This document shows positions 18,995-28,099 of a stretch of DNA of 64,000 nt, in pieces. This DNA is from Casimicrobiaceae bacterium. Lineage in GTDB: Bacteria; Pseudomonadota; Gammaproteobacteria; Burkholderiales; Casimicrobiaceae. The notes beneath the pieces are model-generated. The model saw only the letters and a program-made list of their open reading frames with translations, searched no databases and had not been told where the DNA came from. Each line of letters begins with the position of its first letter. The first letter of the stretch is position 1. Location: positions 698-64,697 of the forward strand of contig DATJWL010000129.1 of assembly GCA_035501215.1 (NCBI GenBank). The letters run 5' to 3'. A program made the translations under genes and the position numbers.

Positions 18995-21121
18995 ATGCGC
19001 CGAATGCTGCGCCTTCTTCGGATAGTCATCGCTGCCGGCCTCGCGGCCGCTGCGGCGGGCGCGCTCGCCGCGCCGGTGCGCACGGCGCACGTCGAAGCGG
19101 AGCTGGTCGCCGCGGAAACCGCGCTCGTGCCGGGCTCGCCCTCGACCGTCGCGCTGCGGCTGAGGATGGAGCGCGGGTGGCACACCTACTGGCGCAACCC
19201 AGGCGATTCGGGGTTGCCTACGACGCTCACCTGGAAGCTTCTGGCCGGAATGAGCGCGGGGCCCATCGAATGGCCGGCGCCACAGGCGCTGCCGGTCGGC
19301 CCGCTGGTCAATTACGGTTACGAGGGCGAAGTCTTTCTGCTGACCGAGATCGCCGTGGCGCGCGACCTCGCCGGTCCATCAGCGAATCTGGCCGCGCGCG
19401 CCGACTGGCTGGTCTGCAAGGAGATCTGCATTCCGGAAGGCGCCGATCTCGCGCTCACGCTTCCCGTTGCCGGGAGCGCTACGGCGGACACGCGCTGGGC
19501 GGGGCCGATCGCAAGCGCGCGCGCGGCGTTGCCGCGGCCGCTCGAAGGATGGACCGTCTCCGCCACCGGCCACGGCGCCGAGATCGAGCTGTCGTTGCGG
19601 CCTCGTGCGCCGACCGAATTGGGCGAGGTCCATTTCTTCCCGTACAGCGAAGGCAAGATCGAAGCGAGCGGGCGGCAAACGTTGACGCGAAAGGACTCGA
19701 CGCTGGCGCTGACGCTTCCGGTGGCGAGCCAGCGCGTCGGCGAGTTCACGCGCGTCGCCGGCGTGTTGACATCGAGCAAGGGCTTCAGCGGCTTCGATGC
19801 CGCGGCGATCGATGTACCGCTCGCCGGTGCGGTCGTCGCCGGAGCGCCGCCTGCCGGCGCCGCGACGGCAGGCGCCGCGCTGCCGATCGTCGACGAGGCG
19901 AACCGTCTTTCGTTATGGGTCGCGCTCATCTTCGCGCTTGCGGGAGGCGTGCTCCTCAACCTGATGCCCTGCGTCTTCCCTGTCCTCTCGCTCAAGGTGC
20001 TCGGCTTCGCCTCGCACGGCGGCGGCACGGCCGGCATGCGCGCGCACGGTCTCGCCTTTGCCGGTGGAGTGATCGCGTCGTTCGTTGCGCTCGCCGTGCT
20101 TCTCGTCGCCTTGCGCGCGGCCGGAGCGCAGCTCGGCTGGGGCTTCCAGCTCCAGTCCCCCGCGATCATCGTCGCGCTCGCAATCCTCTTCTTCGTTTTC
20201 GCGCTGAATCTGTCCGGGGTGTTCGAGGTCGGGCAGCTGCTGCCTTCGGCGGTGTCGACGTGGTCGGCGCGCAACGCCTACGTGAACGACGCGCTCGCGG
20301 GGCTCGTCGCGGTCGTCGTGGCTTCGCCTTGCTCGGCGCCGTTCATGGGCGCTGCGCTCGGCTACGCGCTCGCGCAGAACAATGCGGCGACGCTGGCGAT
20401 CTTCGCAGCGCTCGGCGTCGGCATGGCCCTGCCGTATCTCGCGCTCGCGTTTTTCCCTGCATGGAGACGGAAGCTTCCCAAGCCGGGACCCTGGATGGAG
20501 CGGCTCCGGCAAGTGCTCGCTTTCCCGCTCTACGGAACAGTGATCTGGCTCGCCTGGGTCCTCTCCATGCAACTCGACAACGACGCGGTCGCGAGACTGC
20601 TGGCCGTGCTGCTCCTGATCGCCTTCGCACTGTGGGCATGGCAGACGATGCGCGGTGGCGGCGCTCGCGCCTGGGGCGTCGCGGCAACGCTCGGGCTCGC
20701 CGCTGCGGCGCTGGTCGGCTGGCCGGTGGCCATCGCGGTCACCACCGACAATGCACCGCCGCCGAAGGCGCTTGCCGCCGAAAAGGGGCCGTGGCAGGAC
20801 TTCACGCCGGAGCGCGTGCGCGAGCTGACCGGCGCGGGCCGAGCCGTGTTCGTCGATTTCACCGCCGCCTGGTGCGTCACCTGCCAGGTCAACAAGATCG
20901 CGCTCAACAGCGATGCGGTTCGCGCCGCCTTCGCACAGAAGAACGTCGCGCTGTTGCGCGCCGACTGGACCCGCCGCGACCCGGTCATCGGGCAGGCACT
21001 TGCCGCACTCGGCCGCAATGGCATCCCGGTCTACGTGCTCTACCGGCCTGGCCGCGAACCTTTGCTGTTGCCGGAGGTCCTGCAGAAGAGCACGATTACC
21101 GACGCGCTCGCTACGCTCTAG
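18995..21121 (+). CDS. DsbD-family thiol:disulfide interchange protein (ScsB-like architecture)
   Basis: Signal peptide MRRMLRLLRIVIAAGLAAAAAGALA. N-terminal domain with WHTYWRNPGDSG and LVCKEICIPE. DsbD-type membrane core (CVFPVLSLK ... ASPCSAPFMG). C-terminal thioredoxin WCVTCQ. Confidence 0.85.
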   Translation: MRRMLRLLRIVIAAGLAAAAAGALAAPVRTAHVEAELVAAETALVPGSPSTVALRLRMERGWHTYWRNPGDSGLPTTLTWKLLAGMSAGPIEWPAPQALPVGPLVNYGYEGEVFLLTEIAVARDLAGPSANLAARADWLVCKEICIPEGADLALTLPVAGSATADTRWAGPIASARAALPRPLEGWTVSATGHGAEIELSLRPRAPTELGEVHFFPYSEGKIEASGRQTLTRKDSTLALTLPVASQRVGEFTRVAGVLTSSKGFSGFDAAAIDVPLAGAVVAGAPPAGAATAGAALPIVDEANRLSLWVALIFALAGGVLLNLMPCVFPVLSLKVLGFASHGGGTAGMRAHGLAFAGGVIASFVALAVLLVALRAAGAQLGWGFQLQSPAIIVALAILFFVFALNLSGVFEVGQLLPSAVSTWSARNAYVNDALAGLVAVVVASPCSAPFMGAALGYALAQNNAATLAIFAALGVGMALPYLALAFFPAWRRKLPKPGPWMERLRQVLAFPLYGTVIWLAWVLSMQLDNDAVARLLAVLLLIAFALWAWQTMRGGGARAWGVAATLGLAAAALVGWPVAIAVTTDNAPPPKALAAEKGPWQDFTPERVRELTGAGRAVFVDFTAAWCVTCQVNKIALNSDAVRAAFAQKNVALLRADWTRRDPVIGQALAALGRNGIPVYVLYRPGREPLLLPEVLQKSTITDALATL

Positions 21122-21140
21122 CCGCATAAAGGAGGTAAGA

Positions 21141-21737
21141 ATGAATTGGCGAACTCTTCTGGCGCCGCTCTTGATCGGCGTCCCGCTGCCGGTGCTGGCC
21201 GCTGCGGCCGGGCAGTCCGCGCCGAATTTCACGCTCACCGATACGCAGGGCAAAGCCGTGCAGCTGTCCGACTTCAAAGGCCGCTACGTCGTCCTCGAAT
21301 GGACGAACCCGCAGTGCCCGTTCGTGCGCAACCACTACGACACGCGCAACATGCAGGGCTTGCAGGAAACCTGGGGGCCGCGCGGCGTCGTGTGGCTCTC
21401 GATCGACTCCTCGAGCAAGTCGGGCTGGAGCTTCATGCCGCCGGCGAAGCTCGACCGGTGGATGCACGACAAGAGCGCGGCGCAGAAGGCGATTCTGGTC
21501 GACGGCGAGAGCGCGGTTGCGAAGCTCTACCAGGCGAAGACCACGCCGCACATGTTCGTGATCGATCCCGAGGGCAGGATCGTCTACGCCGGCGCGATCG
21601 ACGATCGCCCTTCGACGCGTCGCGAGGACCCGCTCGCGGCGAAGAACTACGTGCGCGCGGCATTGACGCAGGCGACCGGCGGCATGGCGGTGACCTCGGC
21701 CAACACGACGCCCTACGGCTGTTCCATCGATTATTGA
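21141..21737 (+). CDS. exported thioredoxin-fold (redoxin) protein, single-Cys motif
   Basis: aaggagg RBS before the ATG and a signal peptide. SAPNFTLTD..., WTNPQCPFV (no CxxC), C-terminal GCSIDY. Paralogous to the 11559-12104 product. Confidence 0.8.
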   Translation: MNWRTLLAPLLIGVPLPVLAAAAGQSAPNFTLTDTQGKAVQLSDFKGRYVVLEWTNPQCPFVRNHYDTRNMQGLQETWGPRGVVWLSIDSSSKSGWSFMPPAKLDRWMHDKSAAQKAILVDGESAVAKLYQAKTTPHMFVIDPEGRIVYAGAIDDRPSTRREDPLAAKNYVRAALTQATGGMAVTSANTTPYGCSIDY

Positions 21738-21773
21738 GTCGAGGGGCCGCGGTCCCTCAGGGGAGACTCTGCA

Positions 21774-22775
21774 ATGGCGGACCGCTGCGCAAGAGCGGCG
21801 CTCGTGCTCGCAGCGGCGTGTGCGCTTGTCGCGGCTGCGTGCGGCTCGTCGAGCGACCGGCCGCTGCAGGGCTATGTCGAAGGCGAATACGTGCGCGTGG
21901 GCGCTCCCTTCGCCGGGACGCTGGAAAAGCTCCCGGTGCAACGCGGAGATCAGGTCACGATCGGCGCGCCGCTCTTCAGCCTCGAGCAGGAAAACGAGCG
22001 CGCCGCGCGGCGGCAGGCCGAGCAGCAGCTCCATGCGGCCGAGGCGCGGGTCGCGAATCTGAGGATCGGCAAGCGCGCTCCGGAAGTCGAGACGGTCCAG
22101 GAGCAGCTGCGGCAGGCGATGGCCGCGCGCGATCTCTCTGCGGCCAATCTGAAGCGCCAGGAATCGCTGTTCAAGTCGGGATTCATCAGCAGCGCCGCGC
22201 TCGATGATGCGCGCACGAAATTGCGCAGCGACGAGGCGCATGTGGCGGAGCTCCGCGCGAGCCTCGCCACGATGAACATTCCTGCCGGCCGTCCCGACGA
22301 GATCCGCGCCGCGGAAGGCGACGCGAAGGCGGCGCGCGAAGCTCTCGCGATGGCAGATTGGCGGCTGTCGCAACGCGCCGTCGCGTCTCCGGCGGCAGGG
22401 CGTGTGAACGACACCTACTACGTCGTCGGCGACTTCGTCCCGGCCGGCAGCCCGGTGGTGAGCCTGCTTCCGCCCGCGAACGTGAAGCTTCGCTTCTACG
22501 CACCCGAGCCGATGCTGGGACGGCTCAAGGCCGGGCAGACGGTGAGCTTCACCTGCGACGCCTGCGGCGGTCCGATGAACGCAACCATTTCCTTCATCGC
22601 CGATCGCGCGGAGTTCACGCCGCCAGTGCTCTTCTCGAAGGAAAATCGGGCGAAGCTCGTGTTCCTGGTCGAAGCGAGACCGGCGCCCGAGGTCGCAGCG
22701 CGACTCAATCCCGGACAGCCGGTGGACGTGACGGTCCGGGAGCAGGCGGACAAGTCCGGTACAACGGCTCGATGA
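21774..22775 (+). CDS. HlyD-family membrane-fusion (periplasmic adaptor) protein
   Basis: Lipobox-like LVAAACG; GYVEGEYVRVGAPFAGTLEKLPVQRGDQV; coiled-coil segment. Confidence 0.85.
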   Translation: MADRCARAALVLAAACALVAAACGSSSDRPLQGYVEGEYVRVGAPFAGTLEKLPVQRGDQVTIGAPLFSLEQENERAARRQAEQQLHAAEARVANLRIGKRAPEVETVQEQLRQAMAARDLSAANLKRQESLFKSGFISSAALDDARTKLRSDEAHVAELRASLATMNIPAGRPDEIRAAEGDAKAAREALAMADWRLSQRAVASPAAGRVNDTYYVVGDFVPAGSPVVSLLPPANVKLRFYAPEPMLGRLKAGQTVSFTCDACGGPMNATISFIADRAEFTPPVLFSKENRAKLVFLVEARPAPEVAARLNPGQPVDVTVREQADKSGTTAR

Positions 22776-23734
22776 GCAAGACGAACGGCGGCGACGTCGT
22801 CATCGACGTGCGCGGCCTGAACAAGCACTTCGGCGACAACCACGCGGTCAAGAACCTCGCGCTGACCGTGCGGCGCGGCGAGATCTTCGGCTTCCTCGGC
22901 CCCAACGGCAGCGGCAAGACGACTTCGATCCGCATGCTCTGCGGCCTGCTCACGCCCGACAGCGGCGAAGGCACTTGCCTCGGCTACAACATCCTGACCG
23001 AGACCAAGGCGATCAAGCGCGAGGTTGGCTACATGACGCAGGCCTTCTCGTTCTGGATCGACCTCACGATCCGCGAGAACCTGCGCTTCATCGCGCGCAT
23101 GTACGGCATGAAGCAGAGCGACGATCGCATCGAGAAGGCCATCGAGCATCTCGGGCTCTCCGACCGCGCGGATCAGCTCGCCGGCACGCTGTCGGGCGGA
23201 TGGAAGCAGCGGCTCGCGCTGGCAGCGTGCCTGCTGCACGATCCGAAGCTGCTGCTCCTCGACGAGCCGACCGCGGGCGTGGATCCGAAGGCGCGGCGCG
23301 ATTTCTGGGACGAGCTGCACGGGCTCGCCGCGCACGGCATCACCGTGCTGGTCAGCACGCACTACATGGACGAGGCCGAGCGCTGCCACAAGCTCGGCTA
23401 CATCCTCGACGGACGCTTGCTCGCGCAGGGTACGGAGCGCGAAGTGATCGAAAGCCAGTCGCTCTACGCCTGGGCGGTCAGCGGATCGGACCTCGGGGAG
23501 CTGGAGCCGCGATTGCGCGCGCTGCCCGAAGTGGAGCAGGTCGCGGCGTTCGGGAATGCGCTCCACGTCACCGGCACTGACAAGGATGCGCTGCACCGCG
23601 CGCTCAAGCCGTTCATAGCCGAACGCGGCCGCGAGTGGAGCGAGGTCGAGCCCGGCCTCGAGGACGTCTTCATCCACCTCATGCGCGGCGCGGGCGAGGC
23701 GCGCGAGGCGTCCAAGGGCCAACGAGTCCGATGA
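22772..23734 (+). CDS. ABC transporter ATP-binding protein (ABC-2 type exporter)
   Basis: ATGA overlap with hlyD. Walker A GPNGSGKTT, signature LSGGWKQR, Walker B LLLLDEPTAGVD. Confidence 0.9.
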   Translation: MSKTNGGDVVIDVRGLNKHFGDNHAVKNLALTVRRGEIFGFLGPNGSGKTTSIRMLCGLLTPDSGEGTCLGYNILTETKAIKREVGYMTQAFSFWIDLTIRENLRFIARMYGMKQSDDRIEKAIEHLGLSDRADQLAGTLSGGWKQRLALAACLLHDPKLLLLDEPTAGVDPKARRDFWDELHGLAAHGITVLVSTHYMDEAERCHKLGYILDGRLLAQGTEREVIESQSLYAWAVSGSDLGELEPRLRALPEVEQVAAFGNALHVTGTDKDALHRALKPFIAERGREWSEVEPGLEDVFIHLMRGAGEAREASKGQRVR

Positions 23735-24900
23735 GAGACTTCTTCTCCATCTCGCGCTGGCTCGGCATCGTCGGCAAGGAGTTCATCCAGCTCAAGCGCG
23801 ACCGGCTCACTTTCGGCATGGTGGTCGGTATCCCGATCATCCAGCTGATTCTGTTCGGCTTCGCGATCAACTCCGATCCGAAGCACCTGCCGACCGCCGC
23901 GCTCATCGCCGATCGCAGTGAATTCTCGCGCAGCATCGTCGCCGGTCTGCGCAACAGCAGCTACTTCGAGTTCATCGGCGAAGCTCGCGACGAAGCCGAC
24001 GCGGAGCGCATGCTCGCGACCGGCAAGGCGCAGTTCGTGCTCACGATTCCCGCCGACTTCTCGCAGCGCCTCGTCCGCGGGGAGCACCCGGCCGTGCTGG
24101 TCGAGGCGGACGCGTCGGATCCCGTCGCGACGGGCAACGCCATCTCGGCGCTGAACCAGATTTCGCAGACCGTGCTCGCGCGCGATCTCGCGGGCCCGCT
24201 CGGAAGCCTTGCGCCGGCGGACCCGAGTGCGCTCGGGCCGCTGACCTCGGCACCGGGCGCCTTCGAGGTGCGCATCCACGCGCGCTACAACCCGGAAGCG
24301 ATCACCGCCTACAACATCGTGCCCGGACTGATGGGCGTCATCCTGACCATGACGATGGTGATGATGACCGGACTCGCGATCACCCGCGAGCGCGAGCGCG
24401 GCACGATGGAGAATCTGCTCGCCACGCCGGCCACCGCGCTCGAGGTGATGACCGGCAAGGTCATACCCTACATCTTGATCGGCCTGCTACAGGTCACCAT
24501 CGTGCTCACGCTCGCGCAGTGGCTGTTCGACGTGCCGATGCTCGGCGGCTACGCAACCTTGTATCTCTCGGTGCTGCTCTTCATCGCCGCGAACCTGATG
24601 CTCGGGCTCACCTTGTCGTCGATCGCCCAGAACCAGCTGCAGGCTATGCAGATGACCTTCTTCTTCTTCCTGCCCTCGATCCTGCTCTCGGGATTCATGT
24701 TCCCGTTCCGCGGCATGCCGGAATGGGCGCAATGGATCGGGCAGGCATTGCCGCTCACGCACTTCCTGCGCATCGTCCGCGGCGTGCTGCTCAAGGGCAA
24801 CGGCTGGAGCGAGGTCCTGCCCGAGATGTGGCCGATCGCGCTGTTCATGCTGGTGGTGATCGCGATCGGGCTGCGCTTCTTCCGCAGCACGCTCGACTAG
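23731..24900 (+). CDS. ABC-2 type transporter permease (YbhR/YbhS-like)
   Basis: ATGA overlap with the ATPase gene. MRDFFSISRWLGIVGKEFIQLKRDRLTFG..., with six hydrophobic spans in the C-terminal half. Confidence 0.88.
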   Translation: MRDFFSISRWLGIVGKEFIQLKRDRLTFGMVVGIPIIQLILFGFAINSDPKHLPTAALIADRSEFSRSIVAGLRNSSYFEFIGEARDEADAERMLATGKAQFVLTIPADFSQRLVRGEHPAVLVEADASDPVATGNAISALNQISQTVLARDLAGPLGSLAPADPSALGPLTSAPGAFEVRIHARYNPEAITAYNIVPGLMGVILTMTMVMMTGLAITRERERGTMENLLATPATALEVMTGKVIPYILIGLLQVTIVLTLAQWLFDVPMLGGYATLYLSVLLFIAANLMLGLTLSSIAQNQLQAMQMTFFFFLPSILLSGFMFPFRGMPEWAQWIGQALPLTHFLRIVRGVLLKGNGWSEVLPEMWPIALFMLVVIAIGLRFFRSTLD

Positions 24901-25006
24901 CGATCGAACGAGTTCGAGCGTACGTCGGGCGGACGAGCCGGATCCCGCCAAGCTCGGCTGGGCGCGCGAAGTCATCAGCCGCCAGCTCCGGCAGCTCATA
25001 CGGCTG

Positions 25007-26002
25007 GTGGACGATCTCCTCGATGTCGCGCGCATCACGCGCGGCAAGATCGACCTCAAGATCGAATCGATCGACGTGGCGCGCGTCGTCGCCGCCGCCG
25101 TCGAGACAAGCCGGCCGACGGTCGATGCACTCCAGCACGAACTCACCGTGTCCCTGCCGTCCGAGCCGCTGCGGGTAAGGGGCGACTTCACCCGCGTGGC
25201 GCAGGTTCTCGCGAACATCATCAACAACGCCGCGAAGTACACTGACAGAGGCGGGCGCATCACGTTGGGAGCGGCGCGCGAAGGGGCCGAGGTCGTGGTT
25301 CGGATCCGCGACTCCGGTTTGGGCATTCCGCCCGAGCTCCTGTCCAAGATCTTCGAGCCGTTCACGCAGATCGGGCGCACCCTCGACCGCGCGCAGGGCG
25401 GGCTGGGCATTGGGCTCACACTCGCCCAACGCCTGGTGGAGATGCAGGGCGGGAGCGTCTCGGCGCACGGCGAGGGGCCGGACCGCGGCAGCGAGTTCAC
25501 TGTGCGCTTGCCGGCGGCAGCCGTGACGCACGCCGTCGAAGTGATTGCTCCGGACGCGGCGCTGCGCGCGGCCGACTCTCCGCTCGAGCTCAACGTTCTT
25601 GTCGTTGACGACAACCGCGACGTGGCCGACAGCACGGCGCTTCTGCTTCGCGCGGCAGGCTGTACGGTCCATCTCGCCTACGATGGCGAGGAAGCCATTC
25701 GCTCGGCGAAGAACCTTCACCCCGACGCGGTATTGCTCGACATCGGACTGCCGAAGATCGACGGCTATCAGGTGGCCGAGCGCATTCGCGCGGAGCCGGG
25801 CAATCGCGAGACCTTCATCGTCGCGCTCTCGGGTTACGGGCACGAGGAGTATCGCCGCCAGTCGGCGCGGGCCGGCTTCGATTGCCACGTGGTGAAACCG
25901 ATCGATCCGGCGGCGCTGACCGACCTGCTCGCGTCGCACTGTTCGCCTAAGGCGACTGATCCAGAACCTCGCGGACCTTCTGCGCCAAAGCAGCTTGTGT
26001 GA
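25007..26002 (+). CDS. 5'-truncated hybrid histidine kinase remnant (HATPase_c + receiver only; possible pseudogene)
   Basis: N box NIINNAAKYT, G1 IRDSGLGIP, G2 GGLGIGL. Complete REC domain (VVDDN, LLDIGLP, VVKP). No H-box can be encoded, because the frame is closed by TGA at 24857-24859 inside the preceding permease gene. Confidence 0.75.
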   Translation: MDDLLDVARITRGKIDLKIESIDVARVVAAAVETSRPTVDALQHELTVSLPSEPLRVRGDFTRVAQVLANIINNAAKYTDRGGRITLGAAREGAEVVVRIRDSGLGIPPELLSKIFEPFTQIGRTLDRAQGGLGIGLTLAQRLVEMQGGSVSAHGEGPDRGSEFTVRLPAAAVTHAVEVIAPDAALRAADSPLELNVLVVDDNRDVADSTALLLRAAGCTVHLAYDGEEAIRSAKNLHPDAVLLDIGLPKIDGYQVAERIRAEPGNRETFIVALSGYGHEEYRRQSARAGFDCHVVKPIDPAALTDLLASHCSPKATDPEPRGPSAPKQLV

Positions 26003-26036
26003 ACGGCTTCACGAGCAGCTCGACGTCCGGGTCCAG

Positions 26037-26804
26037 CTACGCCCCCACGAGCGTAACGCGGATCTCTCCAAAGGCGCCGAAGCGCACGGTGAGCGGCGCG
26101 TCGAGCGGCAATTCCAGCGCACCGACGTAGGAGCCGGTCGTGACGATCTCTCCCGCGGCGAGCCCGCGCTCGCGCCGCGCGAGGTAGCTCGCGAGCCAGA
26201 CGAGCGGCCGCAGCGGATGTCCGTCGGGATGGCGGCCCTCGCGCGTTAGCAGCGTGCGTCCGTTCGCCTCGATGGCGATCGGAAACGCTTCGAGCGGCGT
26301 GGCGAGGCCAGGCGCAAGCGCCGGCCCGACGAACAACCCTTGATTGTTGACCTGATCGGCGAGCACTTCGGCGAAGGAAACGGCGGCTGCTTCCGCGTAA
26401 CGCGAGTCGAGCAGCTCCAGCACGAGCCTCGTCTCGGCGATGGCGGCGCGCACCTCGCTCTCGCCGTAGCCGGCTTCGCGCGGCGGCAGGCCGCGTCCCA
26501 GCACGAAGGCGATCTCCGGTTCGATCTTCGCGGTCGAGCCGTGGGCGACCACGGGACACGGCGAATCGCGGCGGATCGACGGCGCGAAGATTGGCGCGCA
26601 CGAGACCGCGCGTTCCGCCGTGGGGAGCGAGCACTTCCAGCCGCCGGTCGCCACGCCGAGCAGCGCCTGCACGCGGCGCTGGATGGAGATCGCATCCGTG
26701 AGCTCGATCGGGCGACAGGATTCCGGCAACCGCGCACCGGACTTTCCGGCGCGGCGAGCGGCGACCAGGTGACGGGCGGCGCTGTCGATCTCGGCGTCGG
26801 TCAC
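26037..26804 (-). CDS. 2-keto-4-pentenoate hydratase-like (MhpD/FAH-fold) protein
   Basis: GTG start at 26804 gives MTDAEIDSAARHLVAARRAGK.... KIEPEIAFVLG and GEIVTTGSY blocks. Confidence 0.7.
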   Translation of the reverse strand: MTDAEIDSAARHLVAARRAGKSGARLPESCRPIELTDAISIQRRVQALLGVATGGWKCSLPTAERAVSCAPIFAPSIRRDSPCPVVAHGSTAKIEPEIAFVLGRGLPPREAGYGESEVRAAIAETRLVLELLDSRYAEAAAVSFAEVLADQVNNQGLFVGPALAPGLATPLEAFPIAIEANGRTLLTREGRHPDGHPLRPLVWLASYLARRERGLAAGEIVTTGSYVGALELPLDAPLTVRFGAFGEIRVTLVGA

Positions 26805-26866
26805 GGCAGGGGGGTGAGTTTCGCGCTGGATTGACTCGGGACGAAACGAAAGTTTAACCTGCTCTC

Positions 26867-28051
26867 GTGGACTCGCGCCTGACGATCGCCGCTGCGATGC
26901 CCGAGGATCTCGACCGGGCCATGCTGATCGGCCGCGTCTGGGTGCCGTCGCTCGAGGCACCGGTGCTCGTGCGCGTGCGCCGCGACGGCGTCTACGATAT
27001 CTCCGCGATCGTAGCGACTGCGAGCGCGCTGTTCGACCTCGACGACCCGCTCGCCGCGCTGCGCGATGAGAAACCGTGGCCGCGCCTCGGCTCGCTCGAG
27101 GAAACGCTCGCCAATTCGGCGTGGAACGCATACGACGCCGGTGCGCCGCGGTTCCTCGCGCCCTGCGATCTGCAGGCGATCAAGGCGAGCGGGGTTACCT
27201 TCGTGTCGAGCCTGCTGGAGCGCGTGATCGAGGAGCAGGCGCGCGGGGACCCGTCGAAGGCCGAAGACGTGCGCAAGGCGATCGTTGCGGTGATCGGCGA
27301 AGACCTCGCAGCCGTGCGGCCGGGCTCGCCCGAAGCCGCGGAGCTCAAGGAAGTCCTCGTCAAGCAAGGCGCGTGGTCGCAGTATCTGGAGGTCGGCATC
27401 GGCCCGGATGCGGAGATCTTCACCAAGGCGCAGCCGATGTCCGCCGTCGGCACCGGCGCCGAGATCGGCATCCATCCGAAGTCGGAGTGGAACAATCCCG
27501 AGCCCGAGATCGTGCTGGCCGTGGACAGCCGGGGGCGCTCGGTCGGCGCGACGCTCGGCAACGATGTCAACCTGCGCGACTTCGAGGGACGAAGCGCGCT
27601 CCTCCTTGGCAAGGCGAAGGACAACAACGCGTCCTGCGCGATCGGCCCCCTCGTGCGTCTTTTCGACGAGCATTTCACCATTGACGACGTGCGCGCTTGC
27701 GAGCTGGCGATGCGCGTCGACGGCCCGGACGGATTCGCGCTCACGGGCGCGAGCTCGATGGCGATGATCAGCCGCGACCCGCTCGATCTCGTCGGTCAGG
27801 CGATCGGCGCCAACCATCAATATCCGGACGGGGTGATGCTTTTCCTCGGGACGATGTTCGCGCCGACGCAGGACAGGCTCGGGCCGGGACAGGGCTTCAC
27901 CCACGTCATCGGCGACATTGTCACCGTTTCGACGCCGCGGCTCGGAGCGCTGGTGAACCGCGTCAACCGCTCGGATCGCATTTCGCCGTGGACCTTCGGC
28001 ACGCGCGCGCTGATGCAGAGTCTCGCGCGCAGAGGATTGTTGGCTTGCTGA
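26867..28051 (+). CDS. fumarylacetoacetate hydrolase (FAH) family protein, long form
   Basis: 394 aa; NNPEPEIVLAV, LGNDVNLRDFEG and KDNNASCAIGP are typical FAH-fold metal/substrate motifs. Confidence 0.75.
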   Translation: MDSRLTIAAAMPEDLDRAMLIGRVWVPSLEAPVLVRVRRDGVYDISAIVATASALFDLDDPLAALRDEKPWPRLGSLEETLANSAWNAYDAGAPRFLAPCDLQAIKASGVTFVSSLLERVIEEQARGDPSKAEDVRKAIVAVIGEDLAAVRPGSPEAAELKEVLVKQGAWSQYLEVGIGPDAEIFTKAQPMSAVGTGAEIGIHPKSEWNNPEPEIVLAVDSRGRSVGATLGNDVNLRDFEGRSALLLGKAKDNNASCAIGPLVRLFDEHFTIDDVRACELAMRVDGPDGFALTGASSMAMISRDPLDLVGQAIGANHQYPDGVMLFLGTMFAPTQDRLGPGQGFTHVIGDIVTVSTPRLGALVNRVNRSDRISPWTFGTRALMQSLARRGLLAC

Positions 28052-28099
28052 TGCGGGCTCGCGTCGCGCGAAATGCGGCGTCGCTGCGCTGCCGGAGGA

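Noticed and set aside
18601-21129. 842-aa plus-strand ORF overlapping leuS 5' end and the whole DsbD-like gene in another frame
   Set aside because: The product is extremely Arg/Ala-rich. The alternative frame (18995-21121) carries the signal peptide, DsbD core and thioredoxin motifs.
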